A DNA stretch of 63,735 nt, filler included, from Collodictyon triciliatum (GCA_043381765.1; 17 parts of 17 records of this genome joined end to end with filler, not necessarily neighbours in it); one strand, 5' to 3'. Shown: positions 13,999-27,981, counted from the first letter of the whole stretch. Program-made: numbers and translations. The notes: generated from the sequence alone by a model not told the origin.

Positions 13999-15312
13999 TC
14001 ATTCCACAGGATGAGTCTTTTGAGGGGACAGCAGGTCACTTTCCTTGCGTTTCTTGCTGGGCGACTCAGACAAAAAGCGATACATCGTTGTTTGTCTGGA
14101 GTTATCGGAAGTGGCGCTTGACCGTCCCCTGGTTTCGGAACCATGCGTAGCCGGCAGTGGACTTTGCTTAACCGGAGTATGGATACGCGTTTGTGGTTTT
14201 AGAAACATACGCTCCTGCTTGCTCGGACGGTCTTTGGTGTGCGAGTTCCAAGCTTGGATTCGACTTGTGGTATTTGCTCTTGCTTTTTGGTTCTCGGTGC
14301 GACAAGCTGTGGCAGGGTAAACGGAGTATCTTTGGTGGGCGCTGGTTCTTGTGTTGCCTTCGATTTGGAGTATCCTTTCGGATAAGTAACGAAGACTGCC
14401 TTGAGGCCTCCTATACTGACCATATTCACGTCAGTCTGAATGGGTAGTTTCAGGGGGATTTCTTTCGGGGTTTGGAGATGCGCTGCTCTTGGGTCTTGTG
14501 ATGTACGGGCTTGTCCAGTGTTGGCGTTGGATGGCTTGAGTGCGAGGATTCTGAAGAGGAACCGAGATTTCCTTCCGTGTTATCGTCGTCGCTGTCGCTG
14601 TATGCGCGTATCTGCTGTGAGTCTTGTGGACTCAGTTGTTGCCTGGCCTTGGCTTCCTTGACCCGTTGCTGCTTGTCTGCTTGGCAGGTGTATTCTTTTG
14701 CGGGGCTTTTACTTGTCATTCGTTATTTGCGGCTGGTGGACGCTCTTTGAGGATGCACTTTGGACACTTTTTGCCCATGGCCGTAAACTTTGCAGGGAGC
14801 TGGTTCTTGTGGCAAAGAAGCTTCACCTCGGCCGTGTCTGTGAGGAAGCCTTTGTCCTTTTTGATCTCCACGTGGGACGGTCTGAACGGCTTCAGCTCCT
14901 CGCGAAGGAATTGCGGCCACACGTCCAGCGGTAATTAGTAGAGCATCACCAAGGTCTCTGTTGGTTTACTTCTGCTGAAGCTGATCGTAATATCGATCAA
15001 ACTTACCTGCTTCAGCCCCAGAAGCTTTCGGTCGTTTTCTGCAGTGTGGAAGGTGATCAGGCAAAGGCCTTCGCTGTCCAGTAAGCGCAATTGGATGGAC
15101 TCTTCCCAAAGTTTGTTCGCTTTCGAGAAGGAGGCGGGCGCATCTGTGAGTCTGCGGGCCTTGTTCTTGTTGTAAGCGACTTGCTCGACCCCGTGCAAAA
15201 ATACTTTCCTATCAGACAGACTTTCAGGTGGCTTCCTTGCACTGGTCTTCCTGACTTTCGTGCAACTCGGGTTTTTCCGCACCAGCGTTGGAACCAGAAG
15301 AACTGGCTGCAA
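13999..15312 (-). mobile_element. Decayed non-LTR retrotransposon ORF1-like sequence
   Basis: ORFs 14935-15312 and 14716-14922 are in the same frame, split by one TAA: LCLITFHTAENDRKLL...TLVMLY*LPLDVWPQFLREELKPF...LPAKFTAMG, resembling the L1/Tx1 ORF1 RRM region. A frameshifted S/P/K-rich tail follows; no ORF2 recognised. Confidence 0.5.
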
Positions 15313-15327
15313 CTTGCAAAGTTTTGA

Positions 15328-15358
<31 letters not shown>

Positions 15359-16314
15359 TGTATGTATGTATGTATGTATGTATGTATGTATGTATGTATG
15401 TATGTATGTATGTATGTATGTATNNNNNNNNNNNNNNNNNNNNNNNNNNNNNNNNNNNNNNNNNNNNTTAATTAATTAANNNNNNNNNNNNNNNNNNNNN
15501 NNNNNNNNNNNNNNNNNNNNNNNCTTTTTCTCTTTTTCTCTTTTTCTCTTTTTTTTTCTTTTTTCTCCTTCCTTCTACTATATGTTCTATTCAACACATC
15601 ATCATATGTCATCAACAAGGTGTAAGTTCCATAGAAAGCAGTAGACGAATGTTCGTTTTCGGGGCAAGTAGCGAGGAAACTTACGTTTTGTCCTGTTTGA
15701 AGTCTGCTTTTGTCTGGGTTGCCTGGTCACTGGACATTCTCTCCTTCTCTCCTTCCCTGTGCTTTGCTGACCTGTTTATCAGTTTTTCAGTTATCTCCTC
15801 CTTTGTCTTTCACCTTGTCTCTGCTCCTGCCCCGCGCTTTGTACCTGCATCATGATTGGCGATCGTTGTTCGATCCGGTTCACGATTTCTTTTAGTTGTG
15901 TGGTTTCGCAGACTCCTTCACGGTCAATCGCCAGGCTTTATTAACAGTGCTGACAGCAAAAAGTGACACACATTGGCGTCATATCGAGTCAAGTTCCTTT
16001 ATTTATATAAAATATCAATTTTATACAATATTTTACATTATTTAATGAAAATTCGCACATAAAATATGAATTGTAATTATAATTACATTAAATTCCATGA
16101 ATAGAACTTCAAACACCCTTTCCCTTTGTGCCGCGAATCCAATAGAAACCTCGCTTTTCGTTGCGCTTGCTGAAGTGTTCTTATTTTCTTCCTCTCTTTG
16201 AAGAGCTGAAAATCATCACACATGAGCTTACTTAAATACGCATGTGTTCACAAAACAAACTTGACTCAAGGAGCTGTTGAATCAAGGGACGCCTGCAAAC
16301 GCCCCACCTTTGCT

Positions 16315-16639
16315 ATGGCCTCGCCAGAAAATCTTTATGAAGCCCAGAAAGCCGCTCAAGTGGCCAAAGAGGCCTTCCTTGGAAGCGACTTTGAGCGCGC
16401 ACAAAGGTTGATCGAGAAATCGCTCCGCCTGTACCCGACAGAGGAAGCAAGAAAACTATCCCAAGCGATAAAGCTTAAGATTAAGCAGACTCAGCAGCAG
16501 CAGCAGCAGATACGGGGTGAGTTTCCTTCTCTGTGTCTTTATTTCTTTTTCTTTCTTTTTCTTTCTTTCTTTCTTTTCTTTCTTTTCTTTCTTTTCTTTC
16601 TTTTCTTTCTTTTCTTTCTTTTCTTTCTTTTCTTTCTTT

Positions 16640-16718
<79 letters not shown>

Positions 16719-17278
16719 CTTATTTTTTGTTAATTTTTCTTCCATTCATTATGTACAAAATGGTAGAGGATTTGGCTTTTCTTTTTGTTGACTTAATTTA
16801 ATTATTAGTTGTTTTTGTTTATTTTTGTGTATTTAATTGTTTAACTCCAAACGTAATATGTCTGTTAACTTCTAACCGCTAAAATCCAACTAACACAAGC
16901 CAACCACTATGTTTATTTGATCCTTTCATTACCAACTGATTTCACGCATATTAACTTTTACAAAAGAGGATGAAAAAAAGGCAGAATCTGCAAACAGAAT
17001 CTCTAAAGAGGAGGATAAACCAGGCTTTTCGAAGGATCAGTTGGATGCTGTGGCCAAAATTAAAAGCAGTCGTTCTTTTTATCAAGTCCTAGGAGTGAAC
17101 TCCGATGTCGATGACACTGAAATCAAAAAAGCGTACCGCAAAGTATTGAAAATGATTGTTACATTTTTCTCAACTTTACTTCCTTCGCTAATTTCGAACT
17201 ACTCTAACGAATCAAGTTAAATAAGTATTTATTGCAATGTTAACAAATCAGAGTTATTTTGTTATGTTCTTGCTGGTG

Positions 17279-17372
<94 letters not shown>

Positions 17373-19194
17373 AAAAATTACATATTTAGTTAGCTCTATC
17401 CTTTCATCCTGATAAGAATCGAGCCCCTGGAGCAGAGGATGCGTTCAAACGTATCGTCATTTATAATCATGATACATTACTTATTAAATTAATGCATTAC
17501 TCGATCATGTACTATAACCCAATATAATAACCTTTTAATTTCACAATAAAAAAAACCAGTAATATCTTCGGCATATGATACCCTTGGTAATGCGACGAAG
17601 CGCAAGATGTACGATATTCGTGGCGGTGTTGGGCTGACCGAAGACGGAACAGACCGAGCACCTCCTGACCCTGATCTGCCTGAAAAATATCAAGTAGAAA
17701 ACCTCGCCGAGGAGGAAGTTTTGGCGTTATTTAGAGAATTGTCTGAGCTTTTCGGTTTGTCTAGTCATGATTAAAGTAAGGAAAGAAAAGTTTTCCATTC
17801 ATCAACAATCTTGGAATATCACCTAGTGCACTAACCCTTGGCCTGATACGGATGTATTATAGAGAAAGCAACGGACGAGATTCGGAAAAAGTTAAAAAAC
17901 CAGAAAGTCACCAACCAGTCAGTTTTATATGAAGACCCCAACAGGTATGGTTTCTTTATAGTCATTGGAGACAAGTGCGCAGTTGTTTTTTCTTTTCTCC
18001 CTTTTCTCCTTCACTTTTCTTTTTCTTTTTCTTTTTCTTTTTCTTTTTCTTTTTCTTTTTCTTTTCTTTTCTTTTTCTTTTCTTTTTCTTTTTCTTTTCT
18101 CTTCTTTTCTCTTCTTTTCTCTTCTTTTCTCTTCTTTTCTCTTCTTTTCTCTTCTTTTCTCTTCTTTTCTCTTCTTTTCTCTTCTTTTCTCTGCTTTTCT
18201 CTGCTTTTCTCTGCTTTTCTCTGCTTTTCTCTGCTTTTCTCTGCTTTTCCCTTCACTTTTCTTTTTCTTTTTCTTTTCTCTTCTTTTCTCTGCTTTTCTC
18301 TTCTTTTCCCTTCTTTTCCCTTCTTTTCTTTTCTTTCCTTTTTCCATTCTTTTCCATTTAAAAAACAAGCACATAGTAATAATATTATAAATTTAAGACT
18401 CCTGTATGTTGTCGTCCAAGTTCTGCCCATATTCTTCATTTATTTCGTGGCATACGTTTGCTCCGTTTCCATCGAGTATCCACGAGTCAGTTTCGAATTA
18501 ACGCGAGAGTTCCCAATTGAAGTAAAAGTAGGTAAACTAATGATGACTCGTAATAGATATATTGGAGGATGTCTTAACACAGTTGATTATAATTCCTTTT
18601 TAAATCCGTTCTAGGGGATTACGCGTGAGTTCACATATTATGTTCCGACCGATTATGATATACCAGACGACTCGCGATCTATATACTACATTGAAAGATC
18701 TTTGAGGGAAAAGTATGTTTCATTTCTAAGAGACATAAAGCAACAACCATATCCTGGGACACAGACAGTTTATGAGTAGCACGTTCAAAACACAATCATT
18801 TAGGTACGCAGAATACCTGAAAGGAAAATGCCAGAATGACAAACAGATATTTGGTCAGTCAAACAAGGTATTTACTTCATTATATTTGATAAATGGAAGT
18901 CTCACACATATTAATTCTGTAATTTTTTATTCACCAGTTTATTTATTTTAAATTATTTATTTTACATATTTACATATTTGGATTATTGATTTATTGATGA
19001 TTTTTTTTCTTTTTCATAGAAAGGACCGGCGATTGGTGTCTCTCAGATCGAATCTCAGGTAACCTCTTTTGGTTTGCCATAATCAAGAGCATTTTCAAGT
19101 TCTATTATGAAAGCATAATCAAAGCTAGCTTAACGAACTAAAATTTTAGATACCATCCTGTGCTCAGTATGAGAAGTGGATTCATGGAAAATAA
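16315..19194 (+). CDS. DNAJB12: DnaJ subfamily B member 12/14-like ER membrane J-protein
   Basis: N-terminal AQRLIEKSLRLYPT; J-domain FYQVLGV...EIKKAYRK|LALSFHPDKNRAPGAEDAFK|LISSAYDTL; TM segment VVQVLPIFFIYFVA; C-terminal PSC motif; all splice phases consistent. Confidence 0.85.
18008..18355 (+). repeat. Compound pyrimidine microsatellite (CTTTTT)n/(CTTCTTTTCT)n in a DnaJ intron
   Basis: Tandem repeats; source of spurious K/R/E-rich and F/S/L-rich ORFs. Confidence 0.93.
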
Positions 19195-22100
19195 TCATTA
19201 GGATTATTTCAAACATAAGAAACCACTGGCAGATTAATTGCAAAAAAAAAAAAAAAAAAAAAAAAAAAACCCAAAAAAAAAAAAAAAAAATAGAAGGAAA
19301 ATNNNNNNNNNNNNNNNNNNNNNNNNNNNNNNNNNNNNNNNNNNNNTTAATTAATTAANNNNNNNNNNNNNNNNNNNNNNNNNNNNNNNNNNNNNNNNNN
19401 NNTACATACATACATACATACATACATACATACATACATACATACATACATACATACATACATACATACATACATACATACATACATACATACATACATA
19501 CATACATACATACATACATCCATTTTGGAACACGAATAAAAAAAGATCATTTATCTAATAGCCCGAAGATAGTCGTTCGTACCATCTGACATATTTATCA
19601 CAGGGCCACAATCCGATAAATCGGGATTAGGTATAGTACACCATGTAAGACTTAATCTACATGAATTTTGATAATATGTCAAATATGTGAACTAATATTT
19701 TTGGCTATCTTGAAAATTTCTAACATTTACTCTTCATGAAGCATAGAGGAGACTGGGTAATGTATGACTTAAAAGAAACGATGTTCAAAAAAACAAGGTA
19801 ATTGAATTAAACGGAATTAAAGGATTTTTCATATAAATAAAACAACAGAAATCTTTTTAATCATACAAAATTCCGGCTACTGGAATAAAAGAATGATCTC
19901 TCAGGGTGGACCCTAACAAAAGATTTTTATAGTAGTACACCACAAACTTTGAGGAAAGGCTCATATTTCACTCTAATTCATCACACAAGGGACTTTTATG
20001 CCCACATTTTTTTTGGTAATAAACAACTCATATTGGAACTATACCCGAACAACTATTTCTTTTCATAAAATAGAGTATCAATTCAATTCTAAGGTCTCAA
20101 TAATTTGAAACAAAAAATTAAATTTCGAAAAACCTATAATGAAATTATTTGTCGTACATCTCATAGGAGAGTGGAAAAAATTTAGGCCAAATTTCACCAG
20201 CATTGTGTTAGTAGGACAGTATAGTTCTGATCAAATTCTATCATAATACAACAGATTTGGTATGTTTTACTCCTAATAAAAAATATGATTAGAAAAATAA
20301 ATTTCAAGACAGAAAATTGATCACATGATTAATATTCAACAATAGAATATTAATTACACACACAGTTAGTTTCAATCCACAACATAAATATTAGCAAAAT
20401 GATTATCAATTAAACTTGATTATATGTGCTGAAGGTCTTCTTTCGGTAAATGGTTCATCCTGGCTACTTCAAGGACCAATCTAAAAAATCGAATTATTAA
20501 TTCAATATACCCTATTTAACATGATTTATTCATCTTCAATCGGAAACTTTCCAAACTAAAGTCATGGACAAAACTCAGATACAGTTGAAAATGGAAGGGA
20601 CAAAAGACAAAATCCGTGGGAAAGGGAACTGTTTCGATCTACTACTTGGAGGAAGTGGAAGGGGCGGTGGATTGGCGACTCCTAGTTTTCCTGATGGTCT
20701 GAAGTAAAGGTCTAAGAACGTACAGCGAGGGTTTTGGGTTGTGTTGTGTGTGTAAGTAAGTACGTCTTTGTCCAATCATTCAAAAAAAAACCAAAAAAAA
20801 TATTCACAAAAGCATAATTTTCAAATCTAAAGACACTGAGAAGTGACTTTCTCGCGACTCCTACATATGTAAGGCACATACGAATATGTAATTGAGAGTT
20901 TACACAAGAGATTAAGATGGGTACTTGGTCACCAAATTAATTTTTCTCTACTACACAATTCAAGAATCATGTGGAAAAAGTCTTTGGTTTGAATTGGGGG
21001 AACATGCATCTAAGCTACAATTACGCGTTAAAAGAAGCCAATAAGTAATCTAAATGTTTTACAGATAAAGATGAATGTCTTTGTTCGTTTACTAAATTCA
21101 CATAATGCAGTCTCAATTCTCTATGTTAGGAGTTCACCTTGACAGTGAAGCAACTCCATATGACGCCTCTAGATTTTCATACATTTTATGCAAAGTTTAA
21201 ATATTTGAAAATATACTGGAAAAAGCCTAGCTTGGACCTGCACCACGCCGTCCGAATTTGTATCAGGAATCATATTTAAATATGTATATGATACTGAGTT
21301 TTAGCGGTAACTGTTAAGAGAGCGGGCCAACGCTATTGTTAATGTCATGAACCCGCACCAAAAAGAGATACGTCAGACACCACCCCTCCCCCGGATATGT
21401 GAGACCGCAAACAACACACTGGTACTTTCTATTCACCACCACTGCCCGAGGCCTTTTTACGAACGTATGAAGGTTTATTACATGGTGAGCTTTGTACTCA
21501 TGTTTACATTATGTTTTCTTTCCTTTGGATTGAAGGAAAAGGTTTTCCATTCTCATTCTACCCAAGTTAAAATAAGTTCATTTTTTGCAAGATATATATA
21601 TATATTTGAAGATTTTCAAATAATCCACACGCACCTCCCCTCCAACTCAACATGTGTGGTAATAGTGTATATTTTCACGTCTGGGATTGATGACTGAACT
21701 GCCATTTTTTCAGATAGATCACAACATTTTCTTCTGTGAGTATTTATTATATGTACGCCGACATTACTCATGTTTCAACAGCGATTATATAAGATAAAAG
21801 TATTTTTTTAAAAAATGATTGAATCATGGGGAGTTGATTCGATCTGCGTCCACTGCCTATGCTTCAAACTCTGACAATACGGTCCATCTGAAAACGTGCC
21901 TGTATTGAAAGTTAGACTGTTTTATGGGTCATGAAGTCACCTATCCTCTATCGTATGTTAAACAATTAAAATACAATTCCATATTTTTTAAATTTTTACT
22001 TGAGCCACATTCATATAAGGCAATTATTCTACATCACATTAATTTTTTCCCCTTTATTCGATTCAAGATATCGCCATATCGATTTTATCTGAATTGATGT

Positions 22101-22912
22101 AACAAATGTGCAGATTTGTCGAACCGTTTTCAAAATCTACTGAATTATGATTGACCAAGTCTCATAGTTATTGCAATCGAAAATTTCATTTGTAGGTATT
22201 AATAATTTGTAAAATATGTGCTTGTTTTTTTTTTCGGCTCAGATTATGTCTTTGTATTATTTACGATTCGAAATTACAGAAAGGTTTCACTAATAAGACT
22301 GTTCCATTTACAGTTTGATACCATTCCTTGAGGCTAAGCAAGTATGTAAGGGAATATGGAGGGCTTTCGCATTGGCCTCAGCCTGGATTATTTGAGATGC
22401 ATTTTTTTGTATAAATGATTGTTTAATAAAATGAGAATGATTTTTATCAGGAAAATTCAAGCATGATTTGGCTAATGGGTCGAAATGACAAAGACTTATG
22501 ATTTCTTTGCTCTCAGATTATTTTTTAAAAAAACCATGCATAATCTAAAAGCAACTACTGCTATCAAAAAGCCTCATCTTTCATGATTCACACATTATTT
22601 TACCTTTTTTTACTTTCAAATATGGGCTTAGTTTAAGATTCATAATTTTATAGTAGAAAAACAAGATTTTAATCAAGAGTGGAGTTTAGCCCTCACTATT
22701 ATATCAACCAAATATATTTATCCGAGAAATTCTATCAATAATAATTCCTTTTAGTGGAGTTATCATGAAAATCAAAAATGAGAGGAATTTTACGAGTCGA
22801 TTAATCTTATTGAATCAATCAAGGTGGTCAAACAAAGAGAATATCATATGAATATAGTATATTATGAAGTCATCTTAATCAAATGAATTATTCGCATTCT
22901 ATCAATAGGAAG

Positions 22913-23175
22913 ATGTCCGAGCCATCAACAAGAAAGCAACCTGACGCCACTAAACAGCGAGAATCTGGAGACCAGAAGCAGATGGAACCAACACGAGAAC
23001 CCGCACCAGCTAGTGAGAAAATCCACAGAGGATTAATTACAGGCGCAGTTTATTCTGATGGCAAAGGGAGATGGACAGTTGTCTATGACTCCAGAGTCTT
23101 GAGAATCTTCATGTCCTCCACGTTTCGAGACATGCAAAGAGAAAGAGACGAGTTCTTTGCAAATGCCGAAAAAAA
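22913..23175 (+). CDS. DUF4062-domain protein N-terminus (NPHP3/TEP1/NWD-like STAND NTPase family), truncated by contig end
   Basis: RVLRIFMSSTFRDMQRERDEF matches the DUF4062 signature RxFISSTFxDMxxERD; GT donor at about 23176. Confidence 0.8.
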
Positions 23176-23477
23176 GTAACNNNNNNNNNNNNNNNNNNNN
23201 NNNNNNNNNNNNNNNNNNNNNNNNTTAATTAATTAANNNNNNNNNNNNNNNNNNNNNNNNNNNNNNNNNNNNNNNNNNNNAAAAAAAATTTTAAAATTTT
23301 TTTTTTTTATTGAAAAAAAAGAAAAAAATATAAAAAAAAAAAAAAAAAGAACGTATTAGAAACATAAATAATGAGAAAATAAATAAATTTTGAAAAGGAA
23401 TAAATCAAAATCAAAATTGGAATTAAAAGTTAAAGAGACAAGAAATAAATGGCCTCAGTTCGATGAAAATAATTTAC

Positions 23478-26277
23478 ATTACAATGGCTGACATTCAACG
23501 ACTTTAGCATCGTTAACTCGGACATTTTTTCTGGCAACTCACGTATCTATTATACTATTATTAGGACTCGGTGTAATTCCATATTTAACAATATTTATAC
23601 CATATTTTTGGATAGGTTGATTGATTCCAAGGCTTGCAAATCACAAAACCATCCCGGAATTTCTGAAATCTAAAGGAGAGGTGTATAAATTTTCTTTTTT
23701 AAAAATTTATAGAGCTCAAATAACGGTATACTGTATCATTCACCTCATTCAACGACAAATCAAGCTTCCATGGTCTATTTGGTAAAAAGCCTATTTCTTC
23801 GGGTATGGTTGTAGTTTTTAGCCCAGAATAATTTATCTCGTTGGTTTTTAAGTCGAAGGATTCCATAAGCCTCTGTATGTCCACTGAAAAATTGTTTTGT
23901 CCCAAATTGAGAAAAGTAAGATTCGTCATAACTCTCATGTTTGCAATTGTGCTGAGCTAATTAAAGATAAATGTAAAACAATGAATCAATCAATCAATCA
24001 ACCAATCAACCAATCAATCAATCAATCAACTGATGAAATTAGACAAATATTGATTCGTATTTTAGGTCTTTAACCTTATTATTTGATAGATTCAAGTGCC
24101 TGAGGCATGTCATGAACACAATTTCTAGAGGGATGTGCGTAATCTAAAAATAATTAAATAAATAAACTTTTTTGGTTTGATAAATTGAACATTTATCCAA
24201 TAAATTAGACGCAGTTTATAATTTCTGGATTCACCAACCAAATTATTGGAGAAATCTATTTTCACGGGATCTATTGGCAGAAAAAATAAGCTTTTTGGGA
24301 TGAGGGTTAAACCACGTCCAGAAAATGATATTTCCTGGTCATCCATAAAAATTGATTCTAAAAGCAGTGTCTCTTCATATGAAAACATATTCTGAGATAT
24401 TTTTATATTTTGTAGCATAACCATATGACGTAGATCTACAAGGTCTGATATCTAATCAAGGGTTCTTTTTAAAACAATCCAATGTCCAATTGAAGATAAT
24501 TATGATTTATGGTATAGTAGTATGTCGTAATTAGTAATTGATTAAAGAAAAGAAAATAAGCATATTACCGAAGTATGGCCAATGATGCATAAGAAAAAAT
24601 AAAAAAATAGAGGAAAATAAATGAAATAAAATGAAAAGCGAAAGAACCCCAGAAATGGAAAAAGAGAGAGGAAACAGAGAAAAATAACAGATCAGAAAAG
24701 AAAAGAAAATAGAGAAGAAGAATAAAATAAGAGAAAAGAGAGATAAATGAAGTAGTGATAATATAAAAAAGAAGGGAAAGGGACAAAGGTGCTACCTTGT
24801 TGGAAGATATGTCAAAGGACGTTAGGGTTGTGAGATTTCTTATAGCTGTCGGAAAAATGCACAACTGTGCATTCGTGGACGTGCAATTAATATTGATATT
24901 TGCTTCATACGGTGGCAACAAATTATTTGTAAATGTCCAACTGATAAAATCATGACAGTACCTTATTATGAGACAGATTAATATGTAGAAGCCTAGTGAG
25001 CATCGTTATGTGCTGTGGGACACTGGTAAGATTTTTTCCAGAAATGTGTAAATTCTCCCACTTTTGTATATTGCCATCACTAGGTTTCCACGCATCATCG
25101 ATTATTTCCTGGTCCTGTGTAAGTGTATTTCATTATTTAATTTATGTTCGTATTTCCTTCACAAAATTATTCTTTAAAACATATAATAGGAAGGAATGCA
25201 ATGATTCAACTAAAAAGAAATGGAAGAAACAAATATTATTTACGATAGTATTGTAGAGTGTGAATACAGTCATAATATTCGGGGTATTTTGTCCTGCTTT
25301 TTGATGTTTCTTTCTCCAAAAAGGAAGAGAAGTTATGCCTACAGGTGCCATGATATTACGGCCGTGGGTTCTGTTGTAAATATTAAGCGTTTCAAGACGA
25401 CGTAAGATGGTAATCCACTCGGGTAATTCCTAATGTGGATAATCCATGAGTATTCATCCAAAATGCAATTTACTTTCGATTAAATCTAAGGAGATGAATT
25501 TTTTTTGATGATTTTATTGATGTTGAATGATACTATTTTATTTAGAAAATACATGAATTCCTCTTATGGAGAGTTCTGAGAGGACAGTTAATGTTGAAAC
25601 AGGAGACGGTAGAACCAAAAAATCGTTTTCACTTATATCAAGCCTATTCAGGCGCGTCATACCGCAAATATTTGGTGGAAGATTACTTATATGATTTTCA
25701 TGAACATCAAGATCTTTAAGATCTCTTATTTCCAGTAATCCAGAGGGAATATTTCTAAAATTATTGGAGCTTATACTTAACTTCTCAAGATTTGACAATT
25801 TTGATATTTCATGGGGTAGATCACAAAGCTCGTTGCTCTGAATATCGAACTCTACCAAGCTAGTCATCCTCGAAATGCCCGGTTGCACGGATGGTATTTT
25901 GTTTTCGCCGATTTCAAGAACTTTAACCCAATGGAGAGCAAACAACTCTGTAGGAAACGTACTGAATCGATTTTTGTATATGCAAATGCGTGTTAGGTTT
26001 CCTAACTTTGATATATTAAGAGAAATCAATGGTAATTTGTTTCCAGAGAGATCCAGGTCGGCCAGTTTCGGAAGATCACATATGTAAAAAGGAAATGAGG
26101 TAAGTCCCTTGAACGTGACACTGAATGCTGTGCAGGATTCGATGGGCTGAGGGGAGTAAATGGGGCTCAGACTCTTTAACAATTGAACAAAAAGTTCTTT
26201 CTGTCCCTTCTCCATTTTATTCTGGGTCTTAGGCGGCTCTACCCTGTAACTATCCTTGTGATTGGTGAATAAAGCAA
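23478..26277 (-). CDS. Leucine-rich repeat protein, multi-exon, both ends uncertain
   Basis: Many LxxLxLSxNxL/IxxLP repeats in ORF 25538-26215; further phase-0 exons at 24796-24864, 24239-24451, 24075-24143, 23744-23956, 23601-23669, 23478-23546. Confidence 0.88.
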
Positions 26278-27981
26278 CCTTATGGTTTAATAAGAGTACA
26301 TTTTGGATTCAAACATACGTTATAAAATAAACTATAAAGACCCCAGATACTGTGATAAAAAAGGAGATGAAGAATAATAATGAAATAATTCAAAAGTGAT
26401 AAGAAAATGAAGTGGCGGATAGCAAAGGAAAGGAAAAAGGGGAAAAATAAATAGAGAAAAAGGCAAAAGAAAAGACAATATAAAAGGCAATATAAAAGGG
26501 AAAAAGAGAAAGAGAAAAGAACAGAATAGAATAGAAACGGACAATATACGAGCAACGAGTTGTCGCTGGCCATCAAGGGCACTTTAATGAGACGGGAGGC
26601 GCAGGAGGATCAACAACAGCGCTGGTTTCAAACCCATTAGCCGCTTTTAGCACCGAAATCGTTCACAGATTCCGTTAATTCCTAAAGAAGAAATGTTATT
26701 TTCCACATTTTATTTACAAATGCGGAAATAATATATATTTCTGTTTTCATAATAAATGATAGATTGTCATCACCTCACCTTACAAGAAGCACATCTATAC
26801 ATCACGATTTCATTTTAATGCAAAATATCGCCACCGACACCCTACAAAAAGTCAAAACATCAACGGTGGGGAGAAACACTGGGCATCACCCACACCCCGC
26901 TCACCGCAAGCTGGAGACAAGCACGAACCCCGCAAGTCCTTCCAAATTACCGCACTCTAATGCTTAATATCACCAATAGGGAGCTATGGATAGGCACACG
27001 CGTGGCAAAAGCTGGCAAAGTCTCCCAACAATGCACACTTTGCAGCAACGGTGATGANNNNNNNNNNNNNNNNNNNNNNNNNNNNNNNNNNNNNNNNNNN
27101 NTTAATTAATTAANNNNNNNNNNNNNNNNNNNNNNNNNNNNNNNNNNNNNNNNNNNNTTTTTTCTTTTTTCTTTTCTCTTTTTTCTTCTTCTTCTTCTTC
27201 TTCTTCTTCTTCTATTTTCCTTCCTTGCTGCGTCCTAGCTGCGACTTAGGGTGTTGGATTATAAGCGTCAAGAATCCAAAAAAAAAAATACATACGGCTA
27301 ACAAGAAACACTACACAAAATCTTATTACTCAAGGAAATCTAACAAAAGTCACTGCACAAAAAAAAAATCATTTATTCGATTCAAAATCAATGCACAAAA
27401 TTAAAAAGAATAAAAAAATGGAAATCTAACAAAAAGCTCATAATACGGCAAAGCAGGCGGTGGTTCAAAAAGTACGCAAAATTTATGTTCTTTGTTTGTC
27501 ATTAAAAAAAAAAAAAGACGAAATTAAGTCTGCAACATCCTTGGGCGATTATATATCCCCACATATCCATGCCTTTTGATTTACGATGGGCCCAGGGAAA
27601 AGAAAAGTTCCGTGATTAGTTTCGTCATTGCTGTGGAGCAACCGCTAGAGTTTTCAAACACACTTAACTCCAGCCCGTCGCTGTTCTTTTTTTTTAAAGA
27701 AAGTTTGCGCTCATGACAGAAACAAGCTGTCTCACATCTTTTGTTTCGCTTCATTCATCGCCGAGTTTTGTGTTATATAGCAAGAATTCTCCTAAATATA
27801 TCTTTTCATTCTCGGGGGTCGCTTGGTACTTTGCCAGGAGCTCTTTAGTAAATCTTCCACTATTTTAACAAGCAGCCACAAGATCTTCAGTATCATTTTG
27901 CTTTGGTTTTATTCCAAATCCATGAGATGCTATCCATTCCTCAGTGAGGTAGCAAGGATATCTTGTGGTTCCACGAGAGTC

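Noticed and set aside
13999-14922. Programmed serial -1 frameshifting or an operon-like chain of overlapping ORFs
   Set aside because: No shared slippery motif at the junctions; better explained as a degraded element.
17925-18439. Low-complexity ORFs (poly-K/R/E, poly-F, YVCM, C/V/L/F) here and at contig ends
   Set aside because: Translations of microsatellites, often running into N linkers.
27232-27279. Two short adjacent hairpins (CCTA..TAGG, TTGGATT..AATCCAA) as a possible ncRNA
   Set aside because: Stems are short, with no tRNA, snRNA or snoRNA motifs. No RNA genes or CRISPR arrays were recognised in the window.
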